Assembly (NCBI RefSeq): GCF_018336915.1
Contig: NZ_CP064923.1
Coordinates: forward strand, 1,110,001 to 1,142,000
Direction of reading: 5' to 3'
Length of the DNA: 32,000 nucleotides
Source of the DNA: Acaryochloris marina S15
GTDB lineage: Bacteria > Cyanobacteriota > Cyanobacteriia > Thermosynechococcales > Thermosynechococcaceae
Part shown: positions 27,019 to 32,000 of the stretch, one piece after another
How the letters are laid out: every line of letters begins with the position of its first letter
How positions within the stretch are numbered: the first letter of the stretch is position 1
The notes under the pieces: model-generated
The model's database searches: none
The model's input: the letters and a program-made list of their open reading frames with translations, nothing else
What the model was told of the DNA's origin: nothing
Translations under genes and position numbers: made by a program

Positions 27019-27251
27019 TCATTCAACCCTATTGCCTTATTTATGACCAAAGCTTGAGATGTTATTTATGCTAAATTTTGCTGAATTCAGTTGTTGTGAA
27101 TACCCTGTTTTTTTTAACTTGCTGAAGAAAATATTGGCTAAAAGTTGCACAAACTGCAAACAACAAGTATTCGTTGTTTGAACAATAAAAGTATTCCTAA
27201 TTTTGGCCAGGTTACTGACTAAAACCTCCAGCGAGATCAAAGGGCATGAGG

Positions 27252-28451
27252 TTATTCCAGGCTAATTTGTGACCCCCAAGCATCCTGGGGAACGAAGGTG
27301 CGATCGCAAGCAATAGACGCCACCGGTTCCGTCAAAGTAAACGTCCCCAACTCTATCCACTGCTTTAGTTCTAGGGCTACCTGACGTGCCAGAGCCATAC
27401 TGGCTAACGGAGCCGAACGAACTTTAGTGCTCTCTACTTTAATGGTTCCAGATTTCAGCTGAGCATAGCTGACTAAACCAAAGGTCGGCCGCACGCGACG
27501 AGGAATCGAAAAATCGATAATGGGGGCGACTAAGTCCTCATCCGTGACCGCACAACGGCGGACCACTTCTTCATCAATCACGGGTAAGGGAATGCCGACC
27601 CCCAACATCAAAGACGGACCATACTGCTTGAAATAACAGCCCCGCACCCATCGCGACTCCATCTGTTTGGCGTCTCCAATCAGTGCCAGGGTCGCCGCTG
27701 GCCCAATGGGCGTATCATTTGGCAATCGCTTTTGTAATGGAAAATGCTGGGTTCCTTCCCAAGTGACATAGCCCACTCCCCCACCTAAGAAAATTCGAGT
27801 CCCGACGCCGATGAGCCGCAAGTTCGGATCATTCAGTAAAGGAGATAAGGCCCCTGGATTGGAGTAGATGGCATTCCCCAGGCGCGGTTGTAGAGGCCCC
27901 AGATAGGTATAAAGCAGATGATCGCCACCATTCACCCCCACAATAAAATTTTGGTAGAGATTGCGGGGATTGAACAGATAAAACTGATTAATGGTCTCCT
28001 TAGTAATCATCGTGTCTAGAGTGGCCCGAGGATAGCAATCGGTCATTTGCCCTAGTGCCCGGAGATGAATCGCTTTGCCCGCGATCAAGTCTTCGATGAC
28101 ATGACCGCCCCCTTGCATTTGAATATCTTCCCCTTCCATTAATTCTGAAGGCTGCTTGCGATCTGGGGCTTGGGAAGCGCCTAAGTACAGGTCCACCGCC
28201 CCAAATCCAGAATAGGCCGCCACCCCATCCAGCCAACATTGGCGAATTTTGATCGGTGGATCCGTATGTCCCAGGTTGAGAATGGCCCCCGAGGATTCCA
28301 TGGGTTCAAAGGTGCCCGTGGTAATCACATCCACGGCTTTCGCCGCTTGGGTAATCCCCAGGTCAGCCACTTTGGCTTTCAGTTCTTCTACCGTCCAGAC
28401 AACGGCTTTGCCCTCTTCGATTTTGTCGTTGATATCGGCAATGGTGCGCAT
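27252..28451 (-). CDS. DUF39/COG1900-family protein (annotated elsewhere as homocysteine biosynthesis protein), without CBS domains
   Basis: My recognition of the family rests on the N-terminus MRTIADINDKIEEGKAVVWTVEELK, VDVITTGTF, GGGHVIEDL and overall length (~390 aa). This call is from memory of the family, not from a search. Confidence 0.65.
   Translation of the reverse strand: MRTIADINDKIEEGKAVVWTVEELKAKVADLGITQAAKAVDVITTGTFEPMESSGAILNLGHTDPPIKIRQCWLDGVAAYSGFGAVDLYLGASQAPDRKQPSELMEGEDIQMQGGGHVIEDLIAGKAIHLRALGQMTDCYPRATLDTMITKETINQFYLFNPRNLYQNFIVGVNGGDHLLYTYLGPLQPRLGNAIYSNPGALSPLLNDPNLRLIGVGTRIFLGGGVGYVTWEGTQHFPLQKRLPNDTPIGPAATLALIGDAKQMESRWVRGCYFKQYGPSLMLGVGIPLPVIDEEVVRRCAVTDEDLVAPIIDFSIPRRVRPTFGLVSYAQLKSGTIKVESTKVRSAPLASMALARQVALELKQWIELGTFTLTEPVASIACDRTFVPQDAWGSQISLE
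27300..27307. repeat. HIP1 octamer GCGATCGC
   Basis: Exact palindromic octamer. Confidence 0.95.
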
Positions 28452-28543
28452 AGGAGGAGAGGGGAAGTCACGGACGGTTACAGCCTATCACTGCAGCTGA
28501 AGACCTGAGGCTCACGCTAGGCTAGAGGCAGGCGGCGTTTCCA

Positions 28544-28547
28544 GAGG
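28544..28547 (+). promoter_or_regulatory. GAGG Shine-Dalgarno-like element, 8 nt upstream of ATG 28556
   Basis: GAGGTGTTAATCATG. Supports ATG 28556 rather than GTG 28547 as the start. Confidence 0.4.
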
Positions 28548-28555
28548 TGTTAATC

Positions 28556-29428
28556 ATGGCTCAGATACAGAAGATGCGATCGCAAAATGTTACGGGAGAT
28601 GTATACGTCGATAGTACCTGTATTGACTGTGATACTTGCCGATGGATGGCTCCCGAAATTTTTCATCGGGACGGCAGTCAGTCAGCCGTGTTTGCCCAGC
28701 CCACTCAAGAAAAAGAACGGCTCCATGCCTTGCAGGCTTTATTATCTTGTCCGACAGCCTCAATTGGAACCGTGGAGAAACCCACTGAGATTCGCCAGGT
28801 GCAGCAAAGCCTACCTATTTTAGTAGCTGAAAATGTCTACCACTGTGGCTACCATTCTGAGAAATCTTTTGGGGCAACCAGCTATTTTATTCAGCGGGAT
28901 GATGGCAATGTCTTGGTTGACTCGCCCCAATTTACACCGCCCCTGGTGAAACAACTAGAAGCGATGGGGGGCATCAAGTATATGTACCTCACCCATCAGG
29001 ATGATGTAGCGGACCATGCTCAGTTTCAATCGCATTTTGGCTGCACTAGAATCTTGCACCAGGATGATATTTCCACAGAAACCCAAGATGTAGAATTAAC
29101 ACTTGAGGGAACCGACCCTTATACCTTGGCCCCAGACCTACTGATTATTCCGGTGCCAGGCCATAGTCAAGGCCATACCGTGTTGCTGCACAAGAATTTT
29201 TTGTTTACAGGGGACCATTTAGCTTGGTCGGCAGGGGCCAATCGTTTGGTGGGGTTCCGACGCTACTGTTGGTATTCCTGGGATGAGCAAATTCAATCCA
29301 TGAAAAAACTTTTAAATTACAATTTTGAGTGGATTTTACCGGGCCATGGGCGTCGATATCATGCCAGTTTGAAAGACATGCATCCGCAAATTCAAGATTG
29401 CATTATGGAGATGGAAGCGACTGGGTAA
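28556..29428 (+). CDS. Ferredoxin-domain::metallo-beta-lactamase-fold fusion protein
   Basis: N-terminal single-cluster ferredoxin pattern VYVDSTCIDCDTCRWMAPEIF...LLSCPTASI (CxxCxxC...CP). MBL motifs follow: LTHQDDVADH (non-canonical motif 2), PVPGHSQGHTV, FTGDHL and ILPGHG. Confidence 0.8.
   Translation: MAQIQKMRSQNVTGDVYVDSTCIDCDTCRWMAPEIFHRDGSQSAVFAQPTQEKERLHALQALLSCPTASIGTVEKPTEIRQVQQSLPILVAENVYHCGYHSEKSFGATSYFIQRDDGNVLVDSPQFTPPLVKQLEAMGGIKYMYLTHQDDVADHAQFQSHFGCTRILHQDDISTETQDVELTLEGTDPYTLAPDLLIIPVPGHSQGHTVLLHKNFLFTGDHLAWSAGANRLVGFRRYCWYSWDEQIQSMKKLLNYNFEWILPGHGRRYHASLKDMHPQIQDCIMEMEATG
28576..28583. repeat. HIP1 octamer GCGATCGC
   Basis: Exact palindromic octamer. Confidence 0.95.
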
Positions 29429-29554
29429 ACCAGAAACTCAGCATTCCTCCATGGTTCAAAATAGGTCCAGTGCTCAGACCTCTCCAAATATCCGTATTCA
29501 GTCCTGGAGATTTAGCTGACGCGAATTGAGTCTCATTTTCAATATGCCCCACCA

Positions 29555-30310
29555 TCATGACTGTTCAGTTTTTTTCAATTCTGAAATCAGCCAGCGGAAA
29601 GGAGCACCCGTCCCTTGGGGATGCAAGGTCACACTGGCTCCGAAAGAGATCAGCGGAATCGCAGAGGTGAACCCATGAGAGTTAATCTGATGACTGCGTA
29701 AATCCTGGACGAACGGTTGAAGCTGCTGCTTTAGCTGCCCCCGACTCAGCTCCGTTTGCAACAAATCAAACTTAGTCAGAATGACTGCCAACGGATAATT
29801 GGGACGATTCGCTTGGGATTGGGGCAGGAATTGCGCCAATTGGTGAAGCACCGATTTCACTTTCTGTTGGTAGGGACGATCATTGACGAAAGCTGGGGCA
29901 TCAATCAGCAAGCAGCAGGCATGGGAACTAAAGAGCAACAATTGGAAATCGGTATTATTGGGCTGGCAAAATTCTCCTGGTATATCCCACCAGTGCAAAT
30001 GGCAGCGCGTTTTGACACCGCATAGGGTTCGAGTCTTAACGCTGAAGTTAAAATCAGTCGCTTTTAACGTTGGCGGTGGATATTGGCGTGACTGGGTGAT
30101 GAAGTTCAACAGCTGATTCATCTTCTCGTGAGACTCAGCGTCTTGGCAGTCCAGCCATTCTTGATGTAATCGGGCTTTTTTACGATTGAAGTGGAGAGAG
30201 GTATAGCTCCCTGCTAGAAAAACGGTTTTCCCAGCTCCTCGAAACCCGATACTCAAGATGTTATGGGTGAGAGGAGGTTGCCTCGAAAAGAATTGAGCGA
30301 CACGCTGCAT
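29555..30310 (-). CDS. Small stand-alone Ras/Arf-like P-loop GTPase (divergent)
   Basis: G1 GFRGAGKT (30224-30247), G3 WWDIPGE, Walker-B-like LLIDAP, G4 variant TKFD and G5-like TSAI. ATG 30310 lies 8 nt after the upstream SDR stop. The ORF track's TTG 30349 would overlap that gene by 31 nt. Confidence 0.65.
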   Translation of the reverse strand: MQRVAQFFSRQPPLTHNILSIGFRGAGKTVFLAGSYTSLHFNRKKARLHQEWLDCQDAESHEKMNQLLNFITQSRQYPPPTLKATDFNFSVKTRTLCGVKTRCHLHWWDIPGEFCQPNNTDFQLLLFSSHACCLLIDAPAFVNDRPYQQKVKSVLHQLAQFLPQSQANRPNYPLAVILTKFDLLQTELSRGQLKQQLQPFVQDLRSHQINSHGFTSAIPLISFGASVTLHPQGTGAPFRWLISELKKTEQS

Positions 30311-30318
30311 TGTTGGGG

Positions 30319-31146
30319 CTAGATTAGTTCTGAAAATAAAGTGTTCCAATCAATGGTGCTAGGTCGAGCCCCCTCACTCATTATTTCAAAAACCTTGCCA
30401 ACTGTGTGGGAATTCTGTAAACAGGCGACACAGGCAGTCGCCAAATCAATCCGACTGGTTTCTCCTGAGAGCTGATCTCCCGTGCCAACGACAATACCTA
30501 ACTGACTTTCCGTTTTGGCTTTCAGCAGCGTATTCAAATCGTAGGAGGTATAGGGACCATCGATTAGTCGACCCGGACGCACAATCGTATAGGGCAAGCC
30601 TGATTGACGGAGTGCTGTTTCGCCCACCAGCTTGGCATCCAACACGCCAAAGGTATTGAGAATACTGAAGGGCAGTTTATCTTTGCGCTCAATGCCACAA
30701 GCAGAGACGAGCAGAAACCGCTTTAAATCCTGGGGAGCAGCATCCACCAGATTTTGCCCCCCCACGGCATCCACCTTTTCAGGGCTGTTATCCGCTTGCG
30801 CTCGACAATAGCTCGGCTTGGCATATCGCTTAAACCATTCCCACCGAGTTGAAACTTCTCGAAATTCCCACCGGGCTGAGGGAAAGGCAGTGCTGCCAGT
30901 GCAGGAAATAATATGGGTCACACCGGGCATCGCTGCTGGTAATGTGTCGGCCTTTCGGGTATCGCCCACCACAATCTCAACTTGATCGGCAAACATCTGT
31001 CGGGCTTTGTCGGCATTGCGGGCAAGAATGCGCACCTTGATGTTTTGGGCGAGGAGCTCTCCCACCGTCAATTGCCCCACCCCCCCTGTGGCTCCTACCA
31101 CTAAGACCAGATCAGACTCAGGATTTAATTCACCAGAATGGGACAT
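30319..31146 (-). CDS. Atypical SDR / NAD(P)H-binding (NmrA-like) family protein
   Basis: N-terminal Rossmann motif VVGATGGVGQLTVGELL. Other family-typical blocks: ISCTGS, RFLLVSACG, YTIVRPGRL. ATG 31146 is preferred over GTG 31164. Confidence 0.75.
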   Translation of the reverse strand: MSHSGELNPESDLVLVVGATGGVGQLTVGELLAQNIKVRILARNADKARQMFADQVEIVVGDTRKADTLPAAMPGVTHIISCTGSTAFPSARWEFREVSTRWEWFKRYAKPSYCRAQADNSPEKVDAVGGQNLVDAAPQDLKRFLLVSACGIERKDKLPFSILNTFGVLDAKLVGETALRQSGLPYTIVRPGRLIDGPYTSYDLNTLLKAKTESQLGIVVGTGDQLSGETSRIDLATACVACLQNSHTVGKVFEIMSEGARPSTIDWNTLFSELI

Positions 31147-31213
31147 AGGTTCGCGCCCAACCACTCAAGACGTCCCCTTCAGCATACCCTTGAGCTGCTC
31201 TCCCAGAGCTGAT

Positions 31214-32000
31214 TTAGGCGACCAAGTCCGGGAACACTTGCTGGACTGCAGGGTGAACCAAACGGTGTTGGTATACATTCAATCCCTTCTGCAAGGCTAC
31301 GTCTTGTTCTAGGGCCTTTAAGCCCTGGTTGGCAAGTTTGGCCACAAATGGGAACGTACTATGATTCAAGGCTTGGGTCGCCGTCCATGGCACTGCCCCC
31401 GGCATATTGGGAACCCCATAATGGAGGACACCCTCGGCTTCATAGACTGGATCAGTATGGGAGGTGGTGTGTAGGGTTTCGATGCAGCCCCCCTGATCCA
31501 CGGCGACATCCACAATCACCGAACCTGCAACCATTTTCTGAACTAATCCACGAGACACCAGGATGGGTGCCCGCTTGCCGGGTACAAGGACTGCACCAAC
31601 CAATAGATCCGCCGTGGGTAATACCTGTTCTAGATGCCGAGAATTGCTGTACAGCAGCTCTATCCGAGAGCCAAACAGGGTCTCAAGATAAGAAAGCCGC
31701 TCCACATTAATATCCAAAATGGTCACATGAGCCCCCATGCCCACAGCGATGCGAGCCGCTTCTGTGCCCACCACGCCTCCACCAAGAATGACAACTTTGC
31801 CGGGTTTAACTCCTGGAATTCCCCCTAGCAAAACACCTCGTCCGCCTTGCTGTCGCTCAAGAAAGTGAGCCCCAAACTGGATGGAGAGACGACCCGCGAT
31901 CACACTCATGGGCGTCAGTAAAGGCAAAGAAATGCGATCTGGCAAGGTCACTTCTACAGTTTCATAGGCGATGGCACTCACGTTGGCCTTCATTAACTGC
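31214..32000 (-). CDS. ald: Alanine dehydrogenase, N-terminus outside the window
   Basis: NAD-binding motif [41 protein letters not shown] and [12 protein letters not shown]. The frame stays open to the window end. Confidence 0.88.
   Translation of the reverse strand, partial: QLMKANVSAIAYETVEVTLPDRISLPLLTPMSVIAGRLSIQFGAHFLERQQGGRGVLLGGIPGVKPGKVVILGGGVVGTEAARIAVGMGAHVTILDINVERLSYLETLFGSRIELLYSNSRHLEQVLPTADLLVGAVLVPGKRAPILVSRGLVQKMVAGSVIVDVAVDQGGCIETLHTTSHTDPVYEAEGVLHYGVPNMPGAVPWTATQALNHSTFPFVAKLANQGLKALEQDVALQKGLNVYQHRLVHPAVQQVFPDLVA

Noticed and set aside
27131-27159. Sigma70-like promoter guess on the minus strand (TTGCAG, 17 nt, CAATAT) upstream of the CCO-like gene
   Set aside because: A hexamer match by eye in an AT-rich region has little predictive value without TSS data, so it is not reported as a feature.
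27157-27180. 8-bp AT-rich hairpin (CAAACAAC, 8-nt loop, GTTGTTTG) about 70 nt after the DUF39 stop, as a possible terminator
   Set aside because: The stem is short and weak and there is no following U-tract on the minus strand. It does not meet terminator criteria.
27037-27240. 67-aa minus-strand ORF filling the DUF39/CCO intergenic gap
   Set aside because: AT-rich sequence giving an N/K/F/I-rich translation with no motifs. It sits where promoter and leader sequence for the CCO-like gene is expected.

Overview
This looks like a cyanobacterial chromosomal segment: it has 12 exact HIP1 octamers (GCGATCGC) and cyanobacteria-typical gene content. I found no rRNA, tRNA, CRISPR array, transposase or integrase. 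Bases 1-21.2 kb are tightly packed, mostly housekeeping genes: lpdA (5'-truncated), trpC, a Q/E-rich coiled-coil protein, purN, an RsuA/RluB-type pseudouridine synthase, a RodZ-like protein, a GT39/PMT-like glycosyltransferase whose start directly abuts the stop of an HtrA/Deg protease, queF, larB, a Zn-metallopeptidase, pntB-pntA, a secreted pentapeptide-repeat protein, a RibD_C/DHFR-family protein, an N-terminally extended rhomboid protease and a fused two-module M16 peptidase. An 867-bp stretch with no ORF over 70 codons lies at 14.46-15.32 kb. Bases 21.2-31.2 kb look more accessory and hold the most interesting content. They encode a two-partner-secretion (TpsA/FHA-like) beta-helix exoprotein with no TpsB transporter in the window. 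Next is a 1050-aa carotenoid-cleavage-oxygenase (RPE65/CCO) homolog, about twice the usual size, with all four Fe-binding His retained, an inserted hydrophobic helix and an unassigned ~220-aa C-terminal extension. Then come a DUF39/COG1900 protein (the archaeal/anaerobe-type sulfide-dependent homocysteine-synthesis family), transcribed divergently from a [4Fe-4S]-ferredoxin::metallo-beta-lactamase fusion, and an atypical-SDR plus small Ras-like GTPase gene pair. The window ends in a truncated alanine dehydrogenase gene. All functional calls come from motif recognition by eye in the supplied translations; no database search was run.
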